64,000 nucleotides of DNA from an uncultured Gemmatimonadales bacterium (GCA_963741945.1 CAVUKA010000006.1:192001-256000); one strand, 5' to 3'. Positions 1 to 9,093 are shown, numbered from the stretch's first letter. The notes: a model not told the origin generated them from the letters alone. Numbers and translations: made by a program.

Positions 1-870
1 CATTCCGCCGTACGTGAAGTCCGGGATGGCCGATTGGTCGTACTTGGCCCAGGGGAACGGCACACCCGTGAGGCGGGAGTACAGCTCGATCATGGAGGGC
101 GTTTCGCCGAAGGCGCGCCAGGCGGCCTCCACGGTGTCCGGGTACACCCAGTAGTCCACGGGGACATCGCGCCAGTGGTCGCGGAGGACAGTGAAGGGGC
201 CGACCACCACACTGTAGAGATAGGTCGACGCCGGCTCTTCCTGCATCCAGTGCCACACGTTCTGCGCGCCGCCGTTCACCGGCTCCACGCCTGCGAGCCG
301 CCCGTTGGACAGCACTTTCATGGCCGAGTCCGCCGTGACCAGCATCTCCCACGTAGTCTTGTCGTTCGCGTTGTCGTACGTGGGCACCCACGCCCGTGTC
401 TCGGTGGCCTCGCCCTGGGACCAGATCACGTGCCTGCGTGGCACGAAGTAGATCCCGCGGACCGGGTGCGTGTGGTATGCCAGCGTGAAAATCACCGTGT
501 CGCCGGCCGACGCGCGTCGCGGCAGCCGGACCGTGACGTGGTTCGTGTCGGCGTCGAACCGGAGCTTCGCGCCGCCCATCGTCGCCCGATCGATCGTCAG
601 CTGCTCGGCATTGAGCCTGATCGAGTCCGTGGCCGCCTTTGCCACCACCGTGGTGGTCACCTCCCCCGTCACCAGCCGCTTCGCCTCGTCGAAGGAGACG
701 GCGAGCCTCTGGTGGACCAGGTCGTAATCGTGCTGCGCCTGGGGCCACGTCCGGGGAGGCGAGTAGCGCCCGACTGCGCCAGCGGCCTGCCCGGCCTGGG
801 CCGAAGCGAGGGATGGAGCAAGGGGCGCGGCGAGGGCGGCGGCGAGGGCGAGGAGGGCAAGACGGTTCAT
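1..870 (-). CDS. M1-family (PepN-like) aminopeptidase, secreted; runs off the window edge
   Basis: Not in the ORF track. Hand translation from ATG 870: signal peptide MNRLALLALAAALAAPLA, then WSQGEATETRAWVPTYDNANDKTTW, STYL, PFPWAKYDQ and ending PDFTYGGM, the start of the GGMEN exopeptidase motif. Confidence 0.85.
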   Translation of the reverse strand, partial: MNRLALLALAAALAAPLAPSLASAQAGQAAGAVGRYSPPRTWPQAQHDYDLVHQRLAVSFDEAKRLVTGEVTTTVVAKAATDSIRLNAEQLTIDRATMGGAKLRFDADTNHVTVRLPRRASAGDTVIFTLAYHTHPVRGIYFVPRRHVIWSQGEATETRAWVPTYDNANDKTTWEMLVTADSAMKVLSNGRLAGVEPVNGGAQNVWHWMQEEPASTYLYSVVVGPFTVLRDHWRDVPVDYWVYPDTVEAAWRAFGETPSMIELYSRLTGVPFPWAKYDQSAIPDFTYGGM

Positions 871-1006
871 CCGGATCGGTTCCTTGTTCCAGGTCGTTGG
901 CAGCGTGTCGATCGAGGCGGGTGAGCCCCGGCCGGACAGCGCGACCGGCAGGTGATGGCGTGCCCTTCCCTGCTCCCGACTTTCGTCAGCCCTGCGGCCG
1001 CGAATG

Positions 1007-1750
1007 TCAACGGAGCGCGCGGACACGAACTTCGATGTCCTTCTCCCCGGCGAGGCGCTGTACGAGCTCCTGCGGGTCCGTGTCACCATAATGGTACGGG
1101 TACAGGATGCCGGGCCGGAACGAGCGGGCGGCATCCGCCACCATGTCAGGCGTCATGGTGTACGGCAGGTTCATGGGGAGGAACGCGATGTCGACGTCCT
1201 CGAGCGCCTTCATCTCCGGCGTGTTCTCCGTGTCGCCGGCCACGTACACGCGGGTGTCGCCGAACGTGAGGATGTAGCCGTTGCCGTTCCCTTTCGGGTG
1301 GAACGGGTTCCCCGGAGAGCGCATGTGCTCCACGTTGTACGCGGGCACGGCCTCGATGCGGATGCGATCCACCTCGAGGACATCGCCATTCGCCATGACC
1401 TCCGAGCCTTCGATCCGCCCCTCCGCAGATCGGCTGACGATGATCCGCGTACCCGGTTTCCGGATCATGGCCACCGCGTTCGGGTCGAGGTGGTCCCCGT
1501 GCTCGTGGGTGACCAGGACCAGGTCCGCCTGCGGCATGGCCTGATAGTCCCCCTCGCGGGTGACGGGGTCGATGTGGATCACCTTCCCCGCGATCCGGAA
1601 CATGAGCGAGCCGTGGCCGACGAACGTCATGGTGAGGTCACCGGCCGACGTGGGAATGACATCTTCCCGGGGCATTTCCTGCGATCCGCTCTGCTGTGCC
1701 ATTGTGCCCGCCGTGATCAGTGCCGTGATGATCAGATCATGAGGTAGCAT
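1007..1750 (-). CDS. Metallo-beta-lactamase-fold metal-dependent hydrolase
   Basis: HIDP, THEHGDH metal motif, YVAGDT, YPYHY. Confidence 0.85.
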   Translation of the reverse strand: MLPHDLIITALITAGTMAQQSGSQEMPREDVIPTSAGDLTMTFVGHGSLMFRIAGKVIHIDPVTREGDYQAMPQADLVLVTHEHGDHLDPNAVAMIRKPGTRIIVSRSAEGRIEGSEVMANGDVLEVDRIRIEAVPAYNVEHMRSPGNPFHPKGNGNGYILTFGDTRVYVAGDTENTPEMKALEDVDIAFLPMNLPYTMTPDMVADAARSFRPGILYPYHYGDTDPQELVQRLAGEKDIEVRVRALR

Positions 1751-1885
1751 GGGTCGCCTCCATTGAGATTCGGGCCATCGCGAAGGGCCTCTTCCGGAGC
1801 CGTCAGATCGAGATGGCTGTCGCTGTCGAGGACGTAGGGCATGCGTGGAGTCACATACCCCGGGGCCCGTTCACGGGGTTCCTGG

Positions 1886-2716
1886 CTAATCGGCCTCGGC
1901 CGCGGCCGTGCCGGCCTCCATCACTTCGGAGGCGTGCTCAGCGGCCTCACGCGCGGCCGCCGCGGCCGCGCGGTCCCGGCGGCGCTCCACGAATCGGACC
2001 AGCCATATGCTGAGCTCGAACAGGAGCAGGAGCGGGATGGCCATGAGGCTCTGGGTGAACACGTCCGGCGGCGTGAGGAGCGCCGCGATGACGAAGATCC
2101 CGACAATGGCGAACGGGCGGCTGCGCCGCAGCATGGCGGACCGGACGATCCCGAGGCTCCCGAGGATGAGCATCACCACGGGCGTCTCGAACACGACGCC
2201 GAAGCCGAGCATGAGCTTCAGTACGAGGGCCAGGTACGGCCCGATGGTGATGTTCTGCTCCAGACTCTGTGTCTGGAAGCCCGTGAGGAACCCGAGGGCA
2301 ACGGGCAGAACGCCGAAATACGCGAGCGATACGCCGGCGAGGAACAGGAGGAGCCCGAAATAGAGCGCGGGGACGATGGCGCGCTTCTCCGCCGGTCGCA
2401 GCGCGGGAGCGACGAACGCCCAGATCTCGTAGACGATCACGGGAAACGCCAGGATGAGTCCGACGCCCAGCGCCAGTTTGAGGGTGATCCAGAACGGATC
2501 GACCGGGCTCAGGTACTTGAGCTTCGACCCGTTCAGGTACGGCTCTATGGGGCGGATCAGCAGCGGCAGGACGGAGAAGTGCGTGACGAGGAAGAAGCCG
2601 ATCAGCATCCCCACCACCAGCGCGATCAGGCTCCGCAGCAATCGCCAGCGCAGCTCCTCGAGATGATCGAGAAGCGGTACCTCCTCCAGATCGACTGTCC
2701 TGCCCCAGAGCTTCAT
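1886..2716 (-). CDS. tatC: Twin-arginine translocase subunit TatC
   Basis: PLLDHLEELRWRL, YEIWAFVAPAL, FETP, LTPPD motifs; about 6 TM helices. Confidence 0.95.
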   Translation of the reverse strand: MKLWGRTVDLEEVPLLDHLEELRWRLLRSLIALVVGMLIGFFLVTHFSVLPLLIRPIEPYLNGSKLKYLSPVDPFWITLKLALGVGLILAFPVIVYEIWAFVAPALRPAEKRAIVPALYFGLLLFLAGVSLAYFGVLPVALGFLTGFQTQSLEQNITIGPYLALVLKLMLGFGVVFETPVVMLILGSLGIVRSAMLRRSRPFAIVGIFVIAALLTPPDVFTQSLMAIPLLLLFELSIWLVRFVERRRDRAAAAAAREAAEHASEVMEAGTAAAEAD

Positions 2717-2765
2717 GAATTCCCGACCTCACTGCGTCCGCCGCTCTCCTGCGGCACCCGACCTG

Positions 2766-3395
2766 CTACACCGCGCCTCCCGGTCGAGTGCCGGAAGATG
2801 ACGAATCGGGGCGTCCCGAGACAGTCCCACCGGCCTTTCCGGATTCAGACCCCTCGCGGTGCTCGCCTTGCCGGGGGTAACGAGCCTGCCAGCGCGCGTA
2901 CTCGGCGGGCGTCATCTTCTCGAGCTGCCGGAGGAATGCGACAATGCCCCAGAGGTCGTGGTCCGAGTGCGTGGGGCCGAACGCGGGCATGCCCGTGAAC
3001 TTGATCCCATGCTTCGTGATCCAGAACAGCTCGGCCTGGCTGAGATCTGATATGTCGTGCGAGAGATCCGGCGGCTCGGGGTCGACCCCCTTGCCCAGAT
3101 CATCCGGCTTCACACCCGGCGCACCGTGGCATTGCTGACACTCCTCCCGGTACTGCCGGAAGCCGTCGGCGGCGAGCGACGAATCGAATGGCGGTGGCGG
3201 CGGGGCACTGCCGGCGCGGGCCGAGATGGAGCGGTCGGCGGTGGTCGCCAGCACCCATCCACTCACAGGGCCGTGCCCGCTCGTGGCGGAGATGTCGTAC
3301 GCGCCGGAATACATGAACGCGAGCCCGGCGACAATGACGATGAGCGCGAGGGCGACCGCGGTTCCGACGACGATCTTCCAGAAGCGTCCGTTCAT
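2766..3395 (-). CDS. Membrane-anchored monoheme cytochrome c
   Basis: ATG 3395 with AGGAGG SD; N-terminal TM; CQQCH; KHGIKFTGMPAF (likely Met axial ligand). Confidence 0.85.
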   Translation of the reverse strand: MNGRFWKIVVGTAVALALIVIVAGLAFMYSGAYDISATSGHGPVSGWVLATTADRSISARAGSAPPPPPFDSSLAADGFRQYREECQQCHGAPGVKPDDLGKGVDPEPPDLSHDISDLSQAELFWITKHGIKFTGMPAFGPTHSDHDLWGIVAFLRQLEKMTPAEYARWQARYPRQGEHREGSESGKAGGTVSGRPDSSSSGTRPGGAV

Positions 3396-3588
3396 CCATC
3401 CTCCTGAGGTCACGCCCCGCCGCCGGCCGGTGCAGCCGGCGTGTGTGGGCAGGGAAATCAGTCGATGGCGCCGGCCGCAAACTTCCCGCCATGCGCACGC
3501 GAAGCCCCGGCAAGGCGGCAGATTCGCCGCATCGCCGGGGCTTCCCCGGGCCCGGGCGCCGGCTGCTCCGCAGCCGGCGGGGCCCTCC

Positions 3589-4152
3589 TCACACGGACGT
3601 CGTGAAGCTGAAGATCATCCCGTACGTGTCCCCGCCGGGTCCGCCCTGCCACCCTTCACCCATGTGGCTGCCCATCCCGCCGCCCATGCCACCGCCCATG
3701 CCACCGCCCAGCCCATCGCCCAGCATCTCGCCCGTGCACCATTCGCCGCCCATGCCCGCGCCGTACTCCCCCATGTCGACGGGATCGCCGTCGGCATCCA
3801 GCATGCCGCCGCCCACGTGGATCGTGTACTGCGTGGCCGGCTTCAGGGGCTGGTCGTGCGAAAAGACCAGCTGGAGCGAGTCGTCGGAGAACGCCCAGGT
3901 GCCCGCCACCTCCGGCCCCGTGACACCTCCCTCGTGAAGCGCAGCATACTCCGCCATGGCCGGGTTCATGGCGTGATCGAACGCGATCACCACCGGCTCG
4001 TTCGGGTCCACGTCCGTCGCACCGCCCTGCGGGATCACACTCAGCAGCGCCGTCTCCGGCGTCACCGGCGACGTCGCGTCCTCGCCGCACGCGACCCCTG
4101 CGGCCGCAGTGGCCCCCAGCAGCACCATCAGCCCCAGCTTTCTCATCATCAT
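3589..4152 (-). CDS. Lipoprotein with Ig-like (Big_5-like) domain and Gly/Met-rich tail
   Basis: Lipobox GVAC; PQGGATDVDPNEPVVIAFDHAM and PLKPATQYTI Ig-like pattern; GGGMGGGMGGGMGSHM tract. Confidence 0.7.
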   Translation of the reverse strand: MMMRKLGLMVLLGATAAAGVACGEDATSPVTPETALLSVIPQGGATDVDPNEPVVIAFDHAMNPAMAEYAALHEGGVTGPEVAGTWAFSDDSLQLVFSHDQPLKPATQYTIHVGGGMLDADGDPVDMGEYGAGMGGEWCTGEMLGDGLGGGMGGGMGGGMGSHMGEGWQGGPGGDTYGMIFSFTTSV

Positions 4153-4206
4153 TTCGCTCCCGGCTCTCCCATAAGGGTGCTCCCGCACCGTCATTTCATG
4201 AATGGA

Positions 4207-4261
4207 ATTCTACCGGGCCATCCATGAAGGCGCGCTGAGACGGGCGTTAAGCGCTCTTCAT
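4207..4261 (-). promoter_or_regulatory. Promoter with four pentamers at 11-bp period (OmpR-family-type operator) and TAGAAT -10
   Basis: Minus strand ATGAA-n6-TTAAC-n6-CTCAG-n6-TTCAT-n11-TAGAAT; same geometry at 6827-6881. Confidence 0.6.
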
Positions 4262-4296
4262 GATGGGGATCGTGAGGGTCGGGCGCCGCTCGGGCT

Positions 4297-4914
4297 TCAG
4301 TGGGAGTGCCCGAGTGTGCCGGGGGCATGGTCGTGTCCGGCGGCTTCCGCCCCAGCGTCGCCCTGGTCGGCCTCCTCGGGGCCCTGTGGCGACGCGGCCT
4401 GTGCCGCCAGACGCGCGTACTCCTGCGGCGTCATGTCCTGGAGCCGGCGCAGGAACGCCACGATGGCCCAGATCTTCGCGTCCGGGTGGGTGGGCCCGAA
4501 GCCCGGCATCCCGGTGAACTTGATGCCGTGCTTCGTGACCCAGAACAGCTCTTCGTCGCTGAGATCCCGCGCTGCGTGGGCCAGATCGGGCGGCTCGGGG
4601 TTGAGCCCCTTCCCGAACTCGCCGCGCTCCACCCCGGGCGCGCCGTGGCAGACCACGCACATCTCGCGGTAGTGCTCGAAACCCTCGCCCACCATGGCGG
4701 AGTCAAACACGGGCTTCTCGCCCACGCTGCGCCCGCGGAGCCGCACGGATCGCTGCTGCGTGGTGTTCAGCACCCAGCGCACCGCTCCGCTGTGTGGCTG
4801 AGTCGCGGCCACGTTGTAGAGGCCGGAATAGATGAACACCATGGCGAGGATCGCCAGCGCGGCCATGATCAGGACTGCCGTCAAGGCGAAACGCCGCAGG
4901 GGCCCACCATCCAT
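4297..4914 (-). CDS. Membrane-anchored monoheme cytochrome c, paralog of 2766-3395, with His-rich tail
   Basis: CVVCH; KHGIKFTGMPGF; C-terminal GHDHAPGTLGHSH. Confidence 0.85.
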   Translation of the reverse strand: MDGGPLRRFALTAVLIMAALAILAMVFIYSGLYNVAATQPHSGAVRWVLNTTQQRSVRLRGRSVGEKPVFDSAMVGEGFEHYREMCVVCHGAPGVERGEFGKGLNPEPPDLAHAARDLSDEELFWVTKHGIKFTGMPGFGPTHPDAKIWAIVAFLRRLQDMTPQEYARLAAQAASPQGPEEADQGDAGAEAAGHDHAPGTLGHSH

Positions 4915-5078
4915 TCATTGCGTCCCGGTGTCAGTGCAGAGCTGGATGCCGACGACGATGGAGCCGGCGTCCACGGACGCGCCAGCCGTCCGCGCCAGTG
5001 AGAACTCCGACGCGGCGGCCCTCGAAGCGAGGCGCCGACGGGCACCAGGGACGCGAGCGCTCGCCGGCGGCTCCGGCC

Positions 5079-5711
5079 TCACTGATGGCTCAGCGAGTAC
5101 ACGTACGCGGCGACCTGGCACACCTGATCGGCCGAGATGCTGCTTCCTCCCTTGGGCGGCATCGGGGCGGGGTGCTGCTTCGGGCTCGGCACCCCCGTGG
5201 TCACCAGCTTCGCGATGGAGGCATAGGAGCCGTCAATGTCCAGCCAGCTGTCATCGGTCAGGTCCGGCGCCAGGGCGGTTCCCTTCGCGTCGGGGCCATG
5301 GCAGGAATGGCACAGGCCGGGACCGGAGAAGATGGCGCGACCCTGTTTGACCATCTCGTCATTGATGGCCAGACAGCCACCCTGCGCCGTTGCCGTGGCG
5401 GCCGCCGCCACCGGCGCGGCGCCCGTGTCCCCCTGCCCGCCCATCATGCCCTCGTGCATGGCGCCCATCTGCCCGCTCATCATGCCGCCAGACCGACCAC
5501 CCATCATCTGGCCCGGCTGCATGGCCCGGCCTCCCGCGGGTGGTGGCGAGTCCGGCATTGTCGCCGGTGTTCCCTGTCCGCCAACGCCCGGCTGCCCGCC
5601 CTCTTCCGCGGCCGGCGTCCCATCCTCGGCGGGCTGCCCGTTCTCCCGTCCGCCGCAGGCCGCCAGGCCCATGGCGATGATCACGAGACCCACCATTGCA
5701 TTCGGCTTCAC
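5079..5711 (-). CDS. Monoheme cytochrome c lipoprotein with Met-rich linker
   Basis: GTG 5711 with GAGGAG SD; lipobox LAAC; MMGGRSGGMMSGQMGAMHEGMM; CHSCH; PMPPKG. Confidence 0.8.
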   Translation of the reverse strand: MKPNAMVGLVIIAMGLAACGGRENGQPAEDGTPAAEEGGQPGVGGQGTPATMPDSPPPAGGRAMQPGQMMGGRSGGMMSGQMGAMHEGMMGGQGDTGAAPVAAAATATAQGGCLAINDEMVKQGRAIFSGPGLCHSCHGPDAKGTALAPDLTDDSWLDIDGSYASIAKLVTTGVPSPKQHPAPMPPKGGSSISADQVCQVAAYVYSLSHQ

Positions 5712-5868
5712 GGTTTCTCCTCTCGAACTCCAACGTCGCAACGATCATGATTACCGGCGTAATCCCGGCACGCAGCGCGGGCAAGATCCGTACTTGATCC
5801 CTGCTTGCAGGCTCGGGACGTCCGGGTCGGACATGCAGTGGGCGTGGGTTCCTGCTCCCCGCCCGACG

Positions 5869-6300
5869 CTAGTCGTTGCGGAGCCGACGGGCGGCCTCTC
5901 CAAGGAACTCCTTCACGGCCGCCATCTCGCTGTCCGCCGGCGGGACGACGCCCGCCTGGCCAATGTGCCAGCGCATCAGGTCCACCTTACCGCGCCAGAC
6001 CTTCGCGGGGTGCGCGGCCGGGTCCGGCAGCACGTGGCAGGACGCGCAGCGCATGGAGTAGGTGCGGAATCCGGGGAGGTCGTTCACCGCCTCCAGCTCC
6101 GGGGCGCTCGTGGGCGGGACGTGCTTCGACCGGATGCTGACGCCGGCCGCGGAATTGGCCCGGGCCCACGCCCGCAGCCGCAGCGTCTCCATGGATGCGG
6201 CGCGCTCGGCCGCCTGCCGCTCGGCCGCCATGCGCCGGGCATCGAAGAGCCCGACGCCGGCCAGTAGGGCGAGGAGCGCGATCGCCGTCCGGAGTCTCAT
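5869..6300 (-). CDS. Small monoheme c-type cytochrome
   Basis: ATG 6300, hydrophobic N-terminus, YSMRCASCHVLPDP. Confidence 0.7.
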   Translation of the reverse strand: MRLRTAIALLALLAGVGLFDARRMAAERQAAERAASMETLRLRAWARANSAAGVSIRSKHVPPTSAPELEAVNDLPGFRTYSMRCASCHVLPDPAAHPAKVWRGKVDLMRWHIGQAGVVPPADSEMAAVKEFLGEAARRLRND

Positions 6301-6313
6301 GCGCGCCTCGTCG

Positions 6314-6772
6314 TCAGGTGCTGTAGAGATGATCGATGGCGCTCCGGATCTGGTCCAGCGACTTGCCGGCCCTGTGCATCCGGTAGACCATGTCGCCCTC
6401 GGACAGGCAGATGTCGCACTGCGACGCGTGGTCGTTGTGGAAGCAGTCCAGGAGCGAATAGTGGCCCGCGTGCTCCTCGCAGTTGCAGTAGCAGTAGACA
6501 CCGTCCACCACTTCCGCGACCTGCGCCACTTCCCCGTAGATCTGCGCCACGCGCGGGTACGCTGCGTATTCAGCCGCCGGTGCCGTGCGCGCCCGCTGGC
6601 TCATCGGCCGGGGATCCGGGTGATGCCTGCCCCTCGTGCCGAGGCTCAGCGTCGGCAGGATGAACAGCCCCAGCAGCACCGCCGCACCCCCGAACCAGAC
6701 CAGCCCCGAGTCCTTCCAGCTCCGCTCCCCACGTCCGCGCCGTGCCGGACTCCGCTTTCCGCTGCTGCCCAT
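6314..6772 (-). CDS. PCYCGC-motif family membrane-anchored Cys/His-rich protein
   Basis: One TM helix then YCYCNCEEHAGHYSLLDCF and HASQCDIC. Confidence 0.75.
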   Translation of the reverse strand: MGSSGKRSPARRGRGERSWKDSGLVWFGGAAVLLGLFILPTLSLGTRGRHHPDPRPMSQRARTAPAAEYAAYPRVAQIYGEVAQVAEVVDGVYCYCNCEEHAGHYSLLDCFHNDHASQCDICLSEGDMVYRMHRAGKSLDQIRSAIDHLYST

Positions 6773-6826
6773 GTGAGACCTCCCGTGGTGCGATGACTCT
6801 GCGACGCCCTCCGCGCCGACGCCCCC

Positions 6827-6881
6827 AGCCTAGCGGATGAGGCGTGAGAGTTTCGTGAAACCAGCATGAAGAGAGGCTCAT
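6827..6881 (-). promoter_or_regulatory. Promoter with four pentamers at 11-bp period and TAGGCT -10
   Basis: Minus strand ATGAG-n6-TTCAT-n6-TTCAC-n6-CTCAC-n11-TAGGCT, lying between the response regulator and the divergent cluster. Confidence 0.6.
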
Positions 6882-6974
6882 GGTGGCCCGCGACGCGGTC
6901 CCGGGCCGTATCTTGACCGTGGACCGAGGCGCGCACGGCGGCGCGAATCGACCACGAAGCGGCAGAAGGAGGCG

Positions 6975-7661
6975 ATGATGCGGATCCTTGTGGTGGAGGA
7001 TGACCGGAAGGTGGCCAGCTTCCTGGAGAAGGGGCTCCGGGAGGAGGGCTACGCCGTCGACGTGGCGCACGACGGGATCGATGGCAGCCTGAAGGCGAAT
7101 GTCTACGACTACGATCTGGCCGTGCTCGACGTGATGCTCCCGGGCAAGACGGGGTACGAGATCGTTCGCGATCTGCGCAAGGCCGACAAGCCCGTGCCCG
7201 TCCTGCTGCTCACCGCCCGCGACTCCAAGGACGACATCGTGCGGGGGCTGGACGCCGGCGCGGACGACTACCTCACCAAGCCGTTCAGCTTCGATGAGCT
7301 GCTCGCCCGCGTGCGCGCGCTGCTGCGCCGGGGCGGGGCGGCCAGGCAGGAGCGGCTGATCTACCAGGATATCGAGCTGGACCGGCTGAAGCACAGTGCG
7401 TCGCGAGCCGGCCGCGACCTGGACCTCACGCCGAAGGAGTTCCAGCTGCTGGAGTACTTCCTGCTGCGCCCCGAGGAGGTGATCCGGCGGACCGAGCTGC
7501 TGGAGAAGGTCTGGGACCTCCATTTCGACCCGATGAGCAACGTGGTGGACGTGCACGTGGGCAACCTGCGGAAGAAGCTTCGCGGGCTCGGCGAGCCCAT
7601 CATCCACACGATCCGGGGCGTCGGGTACATCCTCGAGGCCGGTCGCCCGGACGAGGACTGA
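6975..7661 (+). CDS. OmpR-family response regulator (CusR/CzcR-like)
   Basis: ILVVEDD, LDVMLP, GADDYLTKPF, winged helix NVVDVHV and IHTIRGVGY. Confidence 0.93.
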   Translation: MMRILVVEDDRKVASFLEKGLREEGYAVDVAHDGIDGSLKANVYDYDLAVLDVMLPGKTGYEIVRDLRKADKPVPVLLLTARDSKDDIVRGLDAGADDYLTKPFSFDELLARVRALLRRGGAARQERLIYQDIELDRLKHSASRAGRDLDLTPKEFQLLEYFLLRPEEVIRRTELLEKVWDLHFDPMSNVVDVHVGNLRKKLRGLGEPIIHTIRGVGYILEAGRPDED

Positions 7662-9070
7662 TGCGCTCCCTCCGCCTGAGCCTCGCGATCCGGGCCGCCC
7701 TCGCCATGGCGGCCGCCCTCGCGGTCATGTCGCTGGCCGTGGTCCTGGCCATGCGCCAGTTCCTCGACCGGGAGCTGAACGCCAGCCTGCTCAACGTGGC
7801 TTCCATCCAGGCCGCGTCCGTCACTGCGGACACCAGCGGCGTGATGCGCTTCCACGAGTGGGAGCTCACGCCCGAGGAGGCCACGCAGATCCGGGAGCTC
7901 AACCGCTTCGCACAGGTCTGGAACGCCAGCGGTCGAAGCCTGCTCCGCAGCCAGTTCGTCACCGAGGACCTGCCCCTCGACACGGCCGCGCTCCACCGCG
8001 CCTCCGCCGGCAACCTGGTGATCGTCGAGCAGCAGTACATGGGCATGCCCATCCGCTCCCTCTACTACCCGCTCGAGCGCCTTGGCCCGCTCCACGCCCA
8101 CCACGTGCTCCAGGTCGCGGCCCCGCTGAACGGACGAAACAGGGTCCTCACCTGGCTCGGCCGCTTCCTCGCCGCGATCACCGCCCTCGTGGGCATCGCC
8201 ACCTTCGCCGGCGGGTGGTGGCTGGCACGACGCATGGTCAAGCCGGTCAACGAGATCATCGACCAGGCCGAATCCATGGAGGCCCGCACGCTCTCCCGCC
8301 GCATCGACGCCCACGCCGACTCCAGGGAGTACCAGCGCCTCGTGCGCGTCCTCAACACCATGCTCGCCCGCCTCGATCACGCCTTCGATGCACAGCGCCG
8401 CTTCACCGCCGACGCCAGCCACGAGCTGCGCAGCCCGCTGACCGCGCTGCGTGGCGAGATCGAGATCGCCCTCCGTCGCCCCCGGGACGACGACGAGTAC
8501 CGGCGGGTCCTGGCGAGCAACCTCCAGGAGGTGGAGCGCCTCTCCCAGCTCGCCGAGGACCTCCTCACCCTCGCCCGCTCCGATGCCGGGGTCATGCAGC
8601 CCCGGCTCCAGCGCACCGACGCCCGCGAGCGCGCCCGGCGCGTGCTCGACCGGCTCGACGGAAACGCTGCGAGCAGGGGCATCACGCTCGAGCTGCGAGC
8701 CGATGGCGACACCGAGGCGATCCTGGACCCCGGCCTCCTCGACCAGCTCCTCTGGAACCTGGTCGACAACGCCATCAAGTTCACGCCGCCTCAGGGACGC
8801 GTCCGCGTGGTCGTCGCCGGCGACGACCACGCGGTCGAGATCCGCGTCGCCGATACCGGCCCCGGCATCCCCGCCGACGACGTCGACCGCGTCTTCGAAC
8901 GCTTCTACCGGGCCGACATTTCCCGCACGCACGGCGACGAGACGGCGAGCACAGGACTCGGGCTTTCCATCGTCCGCGCCATCGCCGAGGTCCATGGTGG
9001 CGAAGTGACCGTCCGTAACGCCCCCGGCGGCGGCGCCGAGTTCGTGGTGCGGCTGCCGCGGGTGGGATAG
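7661..9070 (+). CDS. Sensor histidine kinase (CusS/CzcS-like; 2 TM, HAMP, HisKA, HATPase)
   Basis: FTADASHELRSP H-box, NLVDNAIKF, DTGPG, FERFYR, GLGLSI; TGATG overlap with the regulator. Confidence 0.93.
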   Translation: MRSLRLSLAIRAALAMAAALAVMSLAVVLAMRQFLDRELNASLLNVASIQAASVTADTSGVMRFHEWELTPEEATQIRELNRFAQVWNASGRSLLRSQFVTEDLPLDTAALHRASAGNLVIVEQQYMGMPIRSLYYPLERLGPLHAHHVLQVAAPLNGRNRVLTWLGRFLAAITALVGIATFAGGWWLARRMVKPVNEIIDQAESMEARTLSRRIDAHADSREYQRLVRVLNTMLARLDHAFDAQRRFTADASHELRSPLTALRGEIEIALRRPRDDDEYRRVLASNLQEVERLSQLAEDLLTLARSDAGVMQPRLQRTDARERARRVLDRLDGNAASRGITLELRADGDTEAILDPGLLDQLLWNLVDNAIKFTPPQGRVRVVVAGDDHAVEIRVADTGPGIPADDVDRVFERFYRADISRTHGDETASTGLGLSIVRAIAEVHGGEVTVRNAPGGGAEFVVRLPRVG

Positions 9071-9093
9071 ACGGGCCGTCCTTCTGCGGTATG

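Noticed and set aside
34-924. 296-aa plus-strand ORF
   Set aside because: Shadow of the minus-strand M1 aminopeptidase.
4915-5121. ORF whose TGA is directly followed in frame by the cytochrome ATG (possible Sec readthrough)
   Set aside because: Upstream peptide is not protein-like, and there is no redox-motif context or SECIS-like hairpin.
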